Source: an uncultured Pseudomonadota bacterium (lineage in GTDB: Bacteria; Pseudomonadota; Gammaproteobacteria; Xanthomonadales; Rhodanobacteraceae). Taken from it: 64,000 nt of DNA. The stretch is from positions 24,139 through 88,138 of the forward strand of contig CAWAMA010000013.1 in assembly GCA_963783025.1 (NCBI GenBank). Reading direction: 5' to 3'. Under the pieces are notes generated by a model. That model had not been told where the DNA came from. It saw only the letters and a list, made by a program, of their open reading frames with translations, and searched no databases. Shown one piece after another: positions 46,022 through 57,809 of the stretch. Numbering within the stretch: position 1 is the first letter of the stretch; every line of letters starts with the position of its first letter. The position numbers and the translations under genes were made by a program.

Positions 46022-46807
46022 AAAAACAACCGCGCCAGTTCGGCGCCGGGATCTTCCGCGCGCATGAACGCCTCGCCGACGAGAAACGCATTGACGTCCG
46101 CCGCGCGCAGGCGCACCACGTCGGCGGGTGCGTGGATGCCGCTTTCCGTGACCAGCAACCGATCCTCAGGCACGCGCGAACGCAAACCCAGCGTCGTGTC
46201 CAGCGAAGTGGCGAACGTGCGCAGGTCGCGGTTGTTGATGCCGATCAGCGGCGCAGAGGTTTTCAACGCGCGTTCGAGTTCGGCGGCATCGTGCGCTTCC
46301 ACCAGCACATCCATGCCCAGCTCGCGCGCGAGCGCGGAGAATTCCACGAGTTGCGCATCGTCCAGTGCCGCCACGATCAGCAGGACGCAATCCGCACCGA
46401 GCACGCGCGCCTCAAGGATTTGGCATGCGTCGATCACGAAGTCCTTGCGCAGGACGGGCAGCGCACATGCCGCACGCGCTTGTTGCAGATACGTATCGGC
46501 GCCCTGGAAGAAATCGACGTCGGTCAGCACCGACAGGCAGGCTGCGCCGCCGGCTGCGTAGCTTCGCGCGATCGCGGCGGGATCGAAATCCGCACGGATG
46601 ACGCCTTGCGACGGGCTGGCTTTTTTCACCTCGGCGATCACGCCGGGCTGGCCGGCGGCGATCCTTGCGCGCAGCGCCGCGGCGAAATCGCGCGTGGCTG
46701 GCGCGGCGAGTGCCTGCTCGCGCAGCGCAGCAAGCGTCACGCGCTGCGCGACGTTCGCGCACCTCATCGGCCTTGCGCGCGAGGATGCGCCGCAGGATGT
46801 CGCTCAT
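46018..46807 (-). CDS. trpC: indole-3-glycerol phosphate synthase (frameshift near N-terminus)
   Basis: [29 protein letters not shown]. Confidence 0.95.
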
Positions 46808-47839
46808 GCGCCGGCCAGCCGACGCGTTGCGGCGAGGAATTGGTCGAGTTTGGCGCGTGCGGCGCCGCTGGCGACCGCATCGCGCGCCTTGGCGATGCCG
46901 GCCTCGATCGAGTCGGCGGCATCGGCGGCATACAGCGCCGCCCCGGCATTGAGCAGCACGATGTCGCGCACGGGTCCGGGTTCGTTGCCCAGCGCGGCGA
47001 GCACGCGCGCCCTGGATTCGGTTGCGTCGGCGACCGCGAAGTCCTCGCGCGCGGCGCGCGCGAAGCCGAAGTGCTCCGGCGCGATTTCGAATTCGCGCAC
47101 CTTGCCGTCGCGCAGTTCACCGACGAGCGTCGTGTCGCTGAGCGAAATCTCGTCGATACCGTCGCGGCCCCACACCACCAGGGCATGAGCAGCGCCAAGG
47201 CGTTCCAGCACACGCACCTGGATGCCGACCAGGTCCGGATGGAACACGCCCATCAGCATGTTCGGCGCGCCGGCCGGATTGGTCAGCGGGCCGAGGATGT
47301 TGAACAGGGTGCGCACGCCCATTTCGCTGCGCACCGGCGCGACCACGCGCATCGCCGGATGATGGTTCGGCGCGAACATGAAACCGATGCCGGTTTCCTC
47401 CACGCACACGCGCGACCTGTTCGGCGGAAAGATCGATGCGGGCGCCGAGCGCTTCGAGCACGTCGGCGCTGCCGGATTTGGACGAAACGCTGCGGTTGCC
47501 GTGCTTGGCCACGCGCGCACCCGCGGCCGCGACCACGAACATCGCCGCGGTCGAGATATTGAACGAATTGGCGCCGTCGCCGCCGGTGCCGACGATGTCG
47601 ACGAAGTGCTTGTACGGCGGCACGTGCACGCGTACGGCCATCTCGCGCATCACGCTCGCCGCGGCGGCGATCTCGCCGATGGTTTCCTTCTTCACGCGCA
47701 GGCCGGACAGGATCGCCGCGACCATCGCCGGCGACACTTCGCCGCGCATGATCTGGCGCATCAGATCGACCATCTCATCGTGGAAGATCTCGCGGTGCTC
47801 GATCGTGCGCTGCAGCGCTTCCTGCGGTGTGATCGGCAT
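46804..47839 (-). CDS. trpD: anthranilate phosphoribosyltransferase (frameshifted)
   Basis: [25 protein letters not shown]. Confidence 0.95.
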
Positions 47840-47841
47840 CG

Positions 47842-48440
47842 TCAGGCCGCCTTCGGCAGCGGCGCGCGCAGGAAATTGCGCAGCAGGTCGCGGCCGTGTT
47901 CGGTCAGGATGGATTCGGGATGGAACTGCACGCCTTCGATCGGCCAGCGTCTTGTGGCGCAGGCCCATGATCTCGTCGATGCGAACCATCCGCGTTCTGC
48001 GTCCACGCCGTGACTTCAAGGCAGGCCGGCAGCGAGGATTTTTCCACCACCAGCGAGTGGTAGCGCGTGGCCTCGAACGGATTGGCCAGGCCCGCGAACA
48101 CGCCCTTGCCGCCGTGGTGGATCGGGCTGGTCTTGCCGTGCATGATCTGCGGCGCGCGGATGACGCGTCCGCCGAAGGCCTGGCCAATGCTCTGGTGGCC
48201 GAGGCAGACGCCGAGAATCGGAATCGTGCCGCCGAGTTTCGCGATCGTCTCCAGCGTCACGCCGGCTTCGTCCGGCGTGCCCGGGCCGGGCGAAATCACG
48301 ATGCGATCCGGCGCGAGCTTGCGGATGGCTTCGACCGTCAGCGCGTCGTTGCGCGCCACGCGGACGTCTTCGCCCAACTCGCCGAGGTACTGGACGAGGT
48401 TGAAGGTGAAGGAGTCGTAGTTGTCGATCATCAGCAGCAT
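47842..48440 (-). CDS. trpG: anthranilate synthase component II (frameshifted)
   Basis: [32 protein letters not shown] in alternate frame. Confidence 0.93.
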
Positions 48441-48504
48441 ATAGCCTCGATCCGGCAATTTACGAAAAGGGTTCTGGCTGGACCTTGCCGCGCCGTGGAT
48501 CGCA

Positions 48505-50895
48505 TCAGAGCCGTCGGCGATTCGCCAGCGTAGCGCCGCCCAGCAAGACAAGCGCCAGGGCAGCCAGAGCCCACCAGGGATTCACTGGCAGTGGGGTGGC
48601 AGCAGCGGCGGCGCCCGCCAAATCGATTTGCACATAGGTCGGAGCTCCGGCCGGCAGATAAGAAAGTGTATAAGCCGCCGGCGTCGCCCCCGTGAATGTA
48701 ACGCTTTCGAAAGTGCCGGTAATGCCAGACGACGTGAGAACGATGTACGAGCCGGCGTGATTGGCGGCCGGGTCGAGATTGATTTCCAGTGTGCCGGCCA
48801 GTGACGCGGCCCCGGTAACGGCGACCAGCGATGTGCCGGCGGAATTGATGTCGATATGGACAAGACTGCCCAAGGTATTATTGATGGGGTCGGCCGCATT
48901 CAGGCTCAATCCACCCAGCGTGAGTGTTCCTCCGACGTCAGGAGAGATCGTTCCGGAATTTGCGAAAACGGCTCCGGTCAGGATCCCGATTCCGCTGAGT
49001 ATTCCTCGTTGCGAACTGAAGCTGGAGTTTCTGCAGACGAAAACCGGCGCCTGATTGATCTGACCGTTCACTTTGAAGTTGGCATTGTCGATCTTGACGG
49101 TGCCTTGATAGTCGGCAGTCCCGTTGTAAACGACGGTTCCGTTTCCCTTGACGAGGACGTTGGTTCCGCCCGCGCCGAAAACGGTATCGTCGGTGAAGTC
49201 GACCTGCGGGCCAAGGGTCAGAAGATCGGTGGCGCCCTGCGCAAGCAGCGTGAGTGACGCCCCGCTGCGCAGGAAAATGCTGTTTCCCAATGCCGATCCG
49301 TCGAAGCCGTCCGAGCCACCGGGCGCACCGGTTCCATGGGTTCCGGCTTGCGTCGTGTCATTTGCGGTGTTGAAGGCGGTCGGGACACCCGGCAGTGCCT
49401 GCAGCGTGAAATTCAGATTGCTGTCCACGAAGATGGCGCCGCCGAGACCGCTTCCGCCGCCACCGCCGCCGCCGCCGAAGCCGGATCCATAGCTATTGGC
49501 GCCATTGCCCCCGGACCCGCCGCCGAGATTTCCCATATCGACTCCACCCACGGCGACCGGCCCGTTGGATGGTCCGGCGCCCGCACCGCCGCCGCCGCCA
49601 AGCGAATTGCCGCCGTCAGCCGGCGTCGTGCCCGATTGGTTGACTCCGCCGCCGCCACCGCCGCCGCCAAGTCCGCCAGCTCCACCTTGTACCGTATAGT
49701 CGATATCGTAAGCGCCGGTACCGGCGCCGCCGCCGCCGCCGCCGCCGTAGCCGCCGCCGGCAGCCTGCCCGTCGACGCCATTGGTAATGCTCGTTATGAC
49801 GATTCCACCGCCACCGCCACCGCCACCATCGCCTCCGCTACCTGCGGATGGCGTTGCGCTGCGTGGGAGAGGTGGCGTTGAGCCTTGACCCTGCATGCCG
49901 TTGGATCCTGCGCTGCCGCCGCCGCCGCCGCCAAAAAGGCCAGGACCTCCCGAGGCGTCGCCGCCGCCCCCGCCTCCCGCATTGCTTCCTCCGCCATAGC
50001 CACCTCCACCCGAACCCGCAGTAATCGCGAGGCCATAGGCGTTTCCATCCAGTCCGGCGTTCTGATCCGAACCGCCATCACCCAGGTTCGTGAGCGAGCC
50101 GATGCTCGCGCGCGATCCCAGTCCGCCGCCGCCGCCACCACCACCGCCGGCGGGATCGTCGGTCGATAGCGTGACATTGCCACCGTTTCCGCCAAAACCG
50201 CCGCCGCCGGCGCCGCCCGTGATTCCCGTGGCTGCAATGGAGCCTCCATCTCCGCCAAAGCCGCCGCCACCACCGCCGCCTTCGTTGCCCGTCGCCGCGA
50301 GGCTGAAATAACTTCCGCCATTTCCGCCCACGGCGGAGGAATTGTTGATCGATACGTTGATCAAGGTGACGGAAGGGTTCGAGCCATTCAGGAACGATTG
50401 CGGCGCGTAAATCGCTCCGCCGGCGCCCATGCCGCCACCGCCACCTGAAATTCCATCGCCGCCGTTGCCACCTTTGGCGGTCATGTTCTGGAAATTCATG
50501 TTCTGGATCGTCACGTTCCCCGTGGGGATGAAAAATCCGCGGTAAGCGCCGCTGTTGCCGTCGATGGTCACCGCAACGGCGGGGTTCGGGTTGCCGATCG
50601 CGATGTTCACGGGATTTGCGGAATTGTTGATGACCGGCAGGATCCCGTTGAGCTGAATCGTCATCGGGAAATCGAAAACGATCACATAGTCATCGGGCAC
50701 CGTGTTCAAATCCTGATTCATCGAATTCAAGGCGTAGCGCAGGTCTCCCACCTCGCCGATACCACCGGGGTTATTGTCCGAGTTGACCGTGACATGGAGC
50801 GTTGTCAGGGCGAGCGCAGAGTTCGACGCAGCCAGACAAATCAGCAAGGCAATCGCCTTGAAGGCGGATGATTTATGGGTGGGAACGGATTTCAT
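48505..50895 (-). CDS. glycine-rich surface protein with autotransporter-like passenger and IPTL-CTERM-like anchor
   Basis: Signal peptide, long poly-Gly repeat region, beta-helix-like C-terminal region, ends [29 protein letters not shown]. Confidence 0.8.
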   Translation of the reverse strand: MKSVPTHKSSAFKAIALLICLAASNSALALTTLHVTVNSDNNPGGIGEVGDLRYALNSMNQDLNTVPDDYVIVFDFPMTIQLNGILPVINNSANPVNIAIGNPNPAVAVTIDGNSGAYRGFFIPTGNVTIQNMNFQNMTAKGGNGGDGISGGGGGMGAGGAIYAPQSFLNGSNPSVTLINVSINNSSAVGGNGGSYFSLAATGNEGGGGGGGFGGDGGSIAATGITGGAGGGGFGGNGGNVTLSTDDPAGGGGGGGGGLGSRASIGSLTNLGDGGSDQNAGLDGNAYGLAITAGSGGGGYGGGSNAGGGGGGDASGGPGLFGGGGGGSAGSNGMQGQGSTPPLPRSATPSAGSGGDGGGGGGGGIVITSITNGVDGQAAGGGYGGGGGGGAGTGAYDIDYTVQGGAGGLGGGGGGGGVNQSGTTPADGGNSLGGGGGAGAGPSNGPVAVGGVDMGNLGGGSGGNGANSYGSGFGGGGGGGGSGLGGAIFVDSNLNFTLQALPGVPTAFNTANDTTQAGTHGTGAPGGSDGFDGSALGNSIFLRSGASLTLLAQGATDLLTLGPQVDFTDDTVFGAGGTNVLVKGNGTVVYNGTADYQGTVKIDNANFKVNGQINQAPVFVCRNSSFSSQRGILSGIGILTGAVFANSGTISPDVGGTLTLGGLSLNAADPINNTLGSLVHIDINSAGTSLVAVTGAASLAGTLEINLDPAANHAGSYIVLTSSGITGTFESVTFTGATPAAYTLSYLPAGAPTYVQIDLAGAAAAATPLPVNPWWALAALALVLLGGATLANRRRL

Positions 50896-51140
50896 GGAGG
50901 TGGGCCCTGTTTGGTTGAGCGGCGAACGTGGTGCGGACACGTGGATTCACGGCGGCGATACGTCGCATCATGGACAAGATGCCGCACCGTGATGCCGCCA
51001 GCGATCTTGCGGCATCATGATCAAGTATCTTAGCAGGCGATCTGCCGGCATGCTGTGGCGCGCAGCCAGAGCAGCCACGATCGAAAAAGCAGTTCCGTCG
51101 CGGTGTCGGTCGGGGCCACCGAATTACGTCACGGGAGGCG

Positions 51141-52617
51141 TTACAACCCGCCCACCGCCTCTTGCACCGCGCGGAACAGGGCGCGGCATTTGTTCATGGT
51201 TTCCTTCCATTCCAGTTCCGGCACGGAGTCGGCGACCACGCCGCCTGCGGCCTGCACGTGCAGTTGCCCGTCCTTGACGATGGCGGTGCGGATCGCGATG
51301 GCGAGATCCGCTTCGTCGTCCCAGCCCCAGTAGCCGACGGCGCCGCCGTAGACGCCGCGTTTGACGGTTTCCAGTTCGGCGATGATTTCCATCGCGCGCA
51401 CTTTCGGTGCGCCGGTCAGCGTGCCGGCCGGAAAAGTGGCGCGGAACACGTCCATGAAGTTGAGTTCGGGTTTGAGCTTGCCGACCACTTCCGAGACGAT
51501 GTGCATGACGTGCGAGTAGCGTTCCACGATCATGTTCGCGGTGAGTTCGACCGTGCCGGTCTGCGCGACGCGACCGACGTCGTTGCGGCCGAGGTCGATC
51601 AGCATCACGTGCTCGGCGCGTTCCTTGGGATCGGCGAGCAGTTCGGCTTCCATCTGCCGCATCCTCGATCGGCGTGTGGCCGCGTCGGCGCGTGCCGGCG
51701 ATGGGCCGCAGCACGACTTGTCCGCCTTGCGCACGCACGAGGATTTCCGGTGAGGAGCCGATGATCTGTTCGCCGCCGAGGTCGATGTAGTACATGTACG
51801 GCGAGGGATTCAATGCGCGCAGGGCGCGGTACACGTCGAGCGGCCGCGCGCGGAACGGCACCGACAGGCGCTGGCTGATCTGTACCTGGAAAACGTCGCC
51901 GGCAAAGACGTGTTCCTTTGCCTTCGCCACGGCGGCGAGGTAATCCTCCTTGGGAAAACTCGACACGAAATGCGATTCGTCGATGGCGCGGGGATCGACC
52001 GCGTCCGGATACGCGGCGCTGGTCGAACGCAGGCGATGAGCCAGCGAATCCAGCCGCCGCTGCGCGCGCGCCCAGGCGCGCGGCTCGGCCGGATCGGCGT
52101 TGACGATGAGATAGAGCTTGCCCTTCAGGTTGTCGAAGACCGCGAGTTCCTCGGCCAGCATCAGGCAGATGTCCGGCATGCCGAGCGCATCGGGCTTGGC
52201 ATCGGCGCGGATCTTCGGTTCGATGTAGCTCGCGCACTCGTAGCCGAAATAGCCGACCAGGCCGCCGGCGAATTTCGGCAGGCCTTCGATCTGCGGCACG
52301 CGGTACTGCGCCTTGAGCTTCGCGATTTCGGCGAGTGGATCGACAACCTCGCGATCCTCCACGGTTTCGCCTTCTTCCGTCACGGTCAGACGCTTGCCGC
52401 GGACGCGGATCACGCGCCGCGCGGGCAGGCCGATGATGGAATAGCGACCCCAGCGCGCGCCGCCCTCGACCGATTCGAACAGGTAGGCGAACGGGCCGTC
52501 GGCGAGTTTCAGATACACCGACAACGGCGTGTCCAGGTCGGACAACACCTCGCGCACCACCGGAATGCGATTGTGGCCTTGCTCGGCAAGCGCGGCGAAT
52601 TGTTCGGCGGAGAGCAT
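51141..52617 (-). CDS. trpE: anthranilate synthase component I (frameshift near 51655)
   Basis: [50 protein letters not shown]. Confidence 0.95.
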
Positions 52618-52684
52618 GCGGAGTCCGGGCGAATCGGGCAGGAGCACGATAGCAAGTCGCGCGCCGCGGCGACAGACCCGATGG

Positions 52685-54709
52685 TCAGGAGCCTGCCAGC
52701 GGCCTGCGCGCCATCCCGCGCAACTCCAGCACGAATTCAACGCCGCTGCCGTCTTCCAGATTGCGCGCACTCGCGCTGCCGCGATGCGCCTGCGCGATCA
52801 GGCGCACGACGAACAGGCCAAAGCCCAGGTGCGGCGCGTCACCGCGCGCGCCGGCATCGCGCACGCTCACCAGCGAATCGAACAGGCGATCCTGCATCGC
52901 CGGCGGCAGCGGCGGACCGCTGTTGGCCACGGCGATGCGCGCGCCGTCGTGGGTGGCGGTGCAGGGCGATGCGGATCCAGCCCGTTTTCCGGCGTGAAGC
53001 CGCGCGCGTTGTCGATGAGCTTGTCCAGCGCCTGCGCGATCAGTTCCGGCGCGCCGTGCATCGGCACGGCGATCGTAGGGCAGATCGGCATCGAGCCGGC
53101 GTGGCGCGACCAGCGGACGATAGCTGTCGGCGCAACCGCGCACGACCGCAGCGAGATCGAAATCCTCGGGTTCGGCCGCGGCGATCGCGCGTTCCAGGCG
53201 GCTGGCCTGGCTCATCGCGCGCACGATCGCGCCGAGGCGCTCGGCACCGTCGCGGGCGCGCGCGACGTAGGTTTGTGCGTCGGCCGGCAGGGTCTGGTGA
53301 TCGAGGTTGTCCAGCGAGGATTTGACGATCGCGAGCGGCGTGTGCAGTTCGTGCGAGAGCTTGCTCGCCAGCGTGCGCAGGTAATCGGTGTAGGCGGCCG
53401 ATTCCTCGAGCAGGCGGGAGAAACTGCGCGCGAGATCGCCGAGTTCGTCGCGGGCGTTCGTCAGCGGCAGTGGCACTTCGCCGCGTCCGCCCGCGCGCAC
53501 CGCATACTCCGCGGCATTGCGCAGGCGGCGGATGCGCAAGGAAAGCACGCTGGCGAACGCGAACAGGATGCCGCCGGCAAGAATGAGCGCAAGCAGGCTG
53601 GCGCCGCCCAGGCTGAGCAAGGCGCGGTTCGTGAGCAGGGGCAGGGTGGCGCTGGTGCGCTCGAGCAGCAACGCGCCGTGTACCTCGCCGCCTGCCTTCA
53701 GCGGTACGGCCGCGGCGAGCACGACGTCGCCTGCGCCGTTGCCGCGATGCCAGGCCGTGGCGGTGATGCCGGACAGTGCCTGCCAGACCTCGGTCGCGTC
53801 CAGGCGCGGCAGGCTCGGCGCAAAGTTCGCGGCCTGGCTCACCTGTGGCGCAATCAGGCTGCGGTAGACGAAGCCTTCCAGCCAGCGCCGACGGGCGTCT
53901 TTTGCGCCGGTCGCATCCACCAGCTTGCCGGCCGCGCCGAGCACCCAGCCTTCGTCGCTGATCAGGCGCACGCGCATGCCCTCCGGCACGATGCGATCGA
54001 GCTGCGCGGAAAGGGGTTTCGACAAACGCAGCAGCGGCAGCGTATCGGCCTGTTCAGGCACTGGCTGCGCCGAGTCGAACACGCTCAGGCCCAGGCGGTC
54101 GGGCATTTGCGCGCGCGGCAGGCGCAGTTCGACACGATAGCTTGAGCCGTCTTCCTGCCACACCCCCTCGACGATGGTGGGCAATGCATTGTCGCTGGCG
54201 TCGCCCAGGGTGAGTGCATCGAAGTGACCGGGCGCGGCGCTGGCGATCAGATAGCGCCGGAGCAGATCGCCGCGCTGCAAGGTCAGGGTGAGGTGATCCG
54301 CGCTCGACGCACGCGGATCATTCGCGTCAACACGGTCGCGCGTGGCGTCGCGCACGTTGGCGTACAGGTACAGCCACTCGACGTCGTCGCACAGCAGCAG
54401 CGAAAGTTTTCCCGGATCGGAAGACGGCCCGAGGGGTTGCGCAAACGGCGCGAGCAGGTTCCAGTCGTCGCCGTAGCCGTCCACGACCATGCGTCCCGGC
54501 GCGCGGTGCACGTACAGCGCGGCACCCGTCGGCGGCAGCGGCACGCCGAGCACATCGAGACTTTGCGCAACCGCGTTCGCCGTGGCGATCAGGGTCTGCT
54601 CCTGACCCTGGCGCAGCAGTTGTTCCATCTGCCGAACGAACAGCCAGCCTGCCAGCGGCAGGGCCAGCGTGGAAAGCGCGATCAACAGGAGCTTAAAGCG
54701 CAGGGACAT
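52685..54709 (-). CDS. sensor histidine kinase, PdsS-like (internal compensating frameshift)
   Basis: TM - large periplasmic domain - TM, HAMP, LASKLSHELHTPL, LFDSLVSVR..PHLGFGL. Confidence 0.75.
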   Translation of the reverse strand: MSLRFKLLLIALSTLALPLAGWLFVRQMEQLLRQGQEQTLIATANAVAQSLDVLGVPLPPTGAALYVHRAPGRMVVDGYGDDWNLLAPFAQPLGPSSDPGKLSLLLCDDVEWLYLYANVRDATRDRVDANDPRASSADHLTLTLQRGDLLRRYLIASAAPGHFDALTLGDASDNALPTIVEGVWQEDGSSYRVELRLPRAQMPDRLGLSVFDSAQPVPEQADTLPLLRLSKPLSAQLDRIVPEGMRVRLISDEGWVLGAAGKLVDATGAKDARRRWLEGFVYRSLIAPQVSQAANFAPSLPRLDATEVWQALSGITATAWHRGNGAGDVVLAAAVPLKAGGEVHGALLLERTSATLPLLTNRALLSLGGASLLALILAGGILFAFASVLSLRIRRLRNAAEYAVRAGGRGEVPLPLTNARDELGDLARSFSRLLEESAAYTDYLRTLASKLSHELHTPLAIVKSSLDNLDHQTLPADAQTYVARARDGAERLGAIVRAMSQASRLERAIAAAEPEDFDLAAVVRGCADSYRPLVAPRRLDADLPYDRRADARRAGTDRAGAGQAHRQRARLHAGKRAGSASPCTATHDGARIAVANSGPPLPPAMQDRLFDSLVSVRDAGARGDAPHLGFGLFVVRLIAQAHRGSASARNLEDGSGVEFVLELRGMARRPLAGS

Positions 54710-54737
54710 TCGGCGTCAGCGAGCGGGAATTCGTCTT

Positions 54738-55430
54738 CTATGGTTTCCAGCGGTAACCCGCGCCATGCACCGTCTCGATCGCATCGAACGCCGGATCGAT
54801 GGCGATGAACTTTTTGCGGATGCGCTTGATGTGCGAGGTGATGGTCGCGTCGTCGACGACGACCTGGGCTTCGCGCATGAGCTGGTCGCGATTCTTCACG
54901 TGGCCGGGAAAACGCACCATGGTGTGCACCATCCAGAACTCGGTCACGGTCAGCGGCACCTCAGCACCGTTCCAGGTGATGCGCATGCGCTCGGCTTCGA
55001 GCTTGAGCGGGCCGTGTTCGACCACGGTTTCCTTCGACGCTCGGCCGGCCCAGCGCGTCCATGCGGCGGAACAGCGCGCTGATGCGCGCGGCGAGGTGGT
55101 GCAGGCTCACGTCCTTGGTCAGGTAATCGTCGGCGCCCAGGCGCAGGCCGGAGATGATGTCGAAATCCGAATCGCGCGCGGTCAGGAAGATGATCGGCAG
55201 CGTCGGCGATTTGGCGCGCAGCTCGCGGCACAGGTCGAAGCCGCCTTCAGGTTCGTCGCCGAGCCCGACGTCGATGATGACGAGTTCGGGCAGGCGCAGC
55301 GCGAATGCGCGGCTGGCGTCCGGGTCGCGAGCCATAGCCTTGCACCTGGTAGCCGATGCGCGTCGAGCGCTTCGACATAGTTGGCGCGGATGGCGGGCTC
55401 GTCCTCGACGATGGCGATATGGCGGGCCAT
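54738..55430 (-). CDS. OmpR-family response regulator, PdsR-like (frameshifted)
   Basis: IAIVEDEPAIRANY, DEPEGGFDLC, DYLTKDVSL, LTVTEFWMVH, TITSHIKRIR. Confidence 0.82.
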
Positions 55431-55602
55431 GCGGGTTCCTCGTGGTGGTGGCGAATGCAGCTTACGGGGCGCGCTCGCGCGCGGCAATCGGCGCGGCGCG
55501 GATGTCAGGGTTTCGCCACATCTCGTCGCCGTCCGGCCCGCGGCGTGTCGGCGCCGGCGCCGTTCACGCGTTCAATCTGGCCACGCTCCCAAGGAGACCG
55601 CC

Positions 55603-55719
55603 ATGAAAACCGAACGCGCCGATGCCAATGCCGAACTCGCCCGCAGTTTCGAACCCCTGCGCATCGCCTTTGCGCTGGGCGCCTTGTTGCTGGGATTGAT
55701 TGCCACATTGCGTTTTTGA
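55603..55719 (+). CDS. 38-aa membrane microprotein
   Basis: AAGGAG RBS; MKTERADANAELARSFEPLRIAFALGALLLGLIATLRF. Confidence 0.6.
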   Translation: MKTERADANAELARSFEPLRIAFALGALLLGLIATLRF

Positions 55720-55731
55720 TCGGAGACGACC

Positions 55732-55887
55732 ATGGACCTGTATCTGCCCGCCGACTATCTGAATTTGCGCGAAGAACTCGACGATTGGCGCGATGCGCCT
55801 GCCTGCCGTCATGCCGAAGCGCCGCAACACGAGCGCGAGGCGCTGCGGCAAAACGAAAACGTCGATCCGAGCTGGCTCACGCTCTGA
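55732..55887 (+). CDS. 51-aa acidic microprotein
   Basis: GGAG RBS; MDLYLPADYLNLREELDDWRDAPACRHAEAPQHEREALRQNENVDPSWLTL. Confidence 0.55.
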   Translation: MDLYLPADYLNLREELDDWRDAPACRHAEAPQHEREALRQNENVDPSWLTL

Positions 55888-55897
55888 TTTTTCGACG

Positions 55898-55952
55898 CGC
55901 GCCGGGGAGCCGGTTCCTCCCCCAACCTCCGAGGGCTTCCCGGCGCGTTTTT
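55898..55952 (+). terminator. intrinsic terminator hairpin with C-rich loop
   Basis: 14-bp stem CGCGCCGGGGAGCC/GGCTTCCCGGCGCG followed by T5. Confidence 0.65.
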
Positions 55953-56615
55953 ATCCAATCGCCTTGCGCATAGCCGCAATCGTTGCCGCGTAATCCTTCT
56001 GCCCGAAGATCGCGGAACCCGCGACGAAGGTATCGGCGCCGGCCTTGGCGATGTCGGCGATGTTGTCGGTTTTCACGCCGCCGTCGATTTCCAGCCGGAT
56101 CGCACGGCCGCTGCGGTCGATGAGTTCGCGCGCGCGGCGCAACTTTTCCAGCGCCGCCGGGATGAAGCTCTGTCCGCCGAAGCCGGGATTGACCGACATG
56201 ATCAGGATCAAATCCAGCTTGTCGAGCACGTAGTCGAGATACGACAGCGGCGTGCCGGATTGAACACCAGGCCCGTCTTGCAGCCACTGTCGCGAATGAG
56301 TTGCAGCGTGCGGTCGATGTGCTCGCTGGCCTCGGGATGGAAACTGATCAGGCTCGCGCCGGCCTTGGCGAAATCCGGCACGAGGCGATCCACGGGTTTG
56401 ACCATCAGGTGCACGTCGATCGGTGCTTTCACGCCGTGCTTGCGCAGCGCCTCGCACACCAGCGGGCCGATCGTGAGGTTCGGCACGTAATGGTTGTCCA
56501 TCACGTCGAAGTGGACCCAGTCCGCGCCGGCGGCGAGGACGTTGTCCACTTCTTCGCCGAGCCGCGCGAAGTCCGCGGACAGGATCGAGGGCGCGATGAC
56601 GGCGGGTTGCTTCAT
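55951..56615 (-). CDS. rpe: ribulose-phosphate 3-epimerase (frameshifted)
   Basis: [35 protein letters not shown]. Confidence 0.95.
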
Positions 56616-56629
56616 GGCGGGCCTCGGCA

Positions 56630-57413
56630 TTACTTGATGTCTGCGTTCTTCGCGTATCTTCTCATATGCCGTGTTGATTTCGCGTGCGCGCTCCTCGGCG
56701 CGGCGCTTGAGTTCCTCCGGCATGTCGCCGAGTTTGTCCGGGTGGTGCTGGCTGATCAGGCGTCGGTAGGCGGTCTTGACCTCGCGGTCGCTGGCGCTCG
56801 CGCGAAAGTCCGAGTACGGCGTAAGGGTCCTTTCCCGGCGGCGCTCCGGGCGGCTGCTGCGATTGCCGATAACCGCCGCCGGCATGGCCGAAGCCATAGC
56901 CGCGCATCGCCGGCGAGCGCAGCCAGTTCCTGTTCGTGCACGCCCAGCGAAGCGCACAGGCGGCGCACGATGGCGAGTTTCTCCGGCGCCAGAGCGCCTT
57001 CGGCGAACACGATTTCCAGCAGCAGGTCGAGCAGGATGTAGGCGCGGTCGCGGCGGCCGCGACACCAATCGCGCAGTTCGGCGATGGCGCGGTCGATGGC
57101 GAAATTCGTCCTGCTTGCCTTCCTTGAAGCGCGCGATCGCCTCACCGCGCTGCGCTGGCGCAAGTCGCAGGCGCGCGATCAGTTTTTCGGTGGCGGCGAT
57201 TTCCGGTTCGGAGACGCGGCCGTCGGATTTGGCGATGGCGCCGGCAAGGCCGAACAGGGGGCCGATGAACGCGTCGGGTGGGCTCGACTGCGCGCGCCTC
57301 GTCGTGCCCTGATCCCACAGATGGCCCAGCACGAAGCCGATCAATAGCCCGACCGGATTGCGCAACAGCACCCAGCCGAGCAGCGCACCGACCAGCTTTC
57401 CGGCGATATTCAT
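56630..57413 (-). CDS. djlA: co-chaperone DjlA (frameshifted)
   Basis: N-terminal [11 protein letters not shown] TerB-like domain, C-terminal J domain with HHPDK. Confidence 0.9.
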
Positions 57414-57722
57414 GGCGTTGTCGGCAGCGGAGTTTGCGCGGCGTACCAGACCAGCACCGCGTCGATTTCTTGCGCGTTGAGCATGCCGAGCGCGGCGCGC
57501 ATCGCGGGGAAGTTGCGCGTGCCGGACTTGTATTGCGCGATCGCGCTGCGCAGGTAGGCGAGGTTCTGTCCGGCGAGGTTCGGGATGTCCGGTGAACTGG
57601 CGTGGCCGTTCTCGCCGTGGCAGCTCGCGCACAAGCCCAGGCGCTGCGGCTTGTCGGCGGCGAACGGCCGCGCGGACAGAAGCAGGCTGGCGCCGAGCGC
57701 GCAGAGAATGGCAAAGTCGCAT
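57410..57722 (-). CDS. monoheme cytochrome c (c553/c4 type)
   Basis: Signal peptide, CASCH, PNLAGQ, distal Met; start inferred across a probable indel. Confidence 0.85.
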
Positions 57723-57809
57723 GGAGTGGGCTCGGAGGAAAACCGCGCGCATTTTAGCAGTGCTGCGCCGGCCACACCGTTACAATGGCGCTCTACGCGG
57801 AGCCTGCCT

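Noticed and set aside
49420..50470. (GCC)n tandem repeats as a CRISPR or VNTR
   Set aside because: They are simply the glycine codon runs of the surface protein; there is no repeat-spacer structure
52618..52684. trp attenuator or leader peptide upstream of trpE
   Set aside because: Only about 67 bp, with no Trp-codon leader ORF or terminator visible
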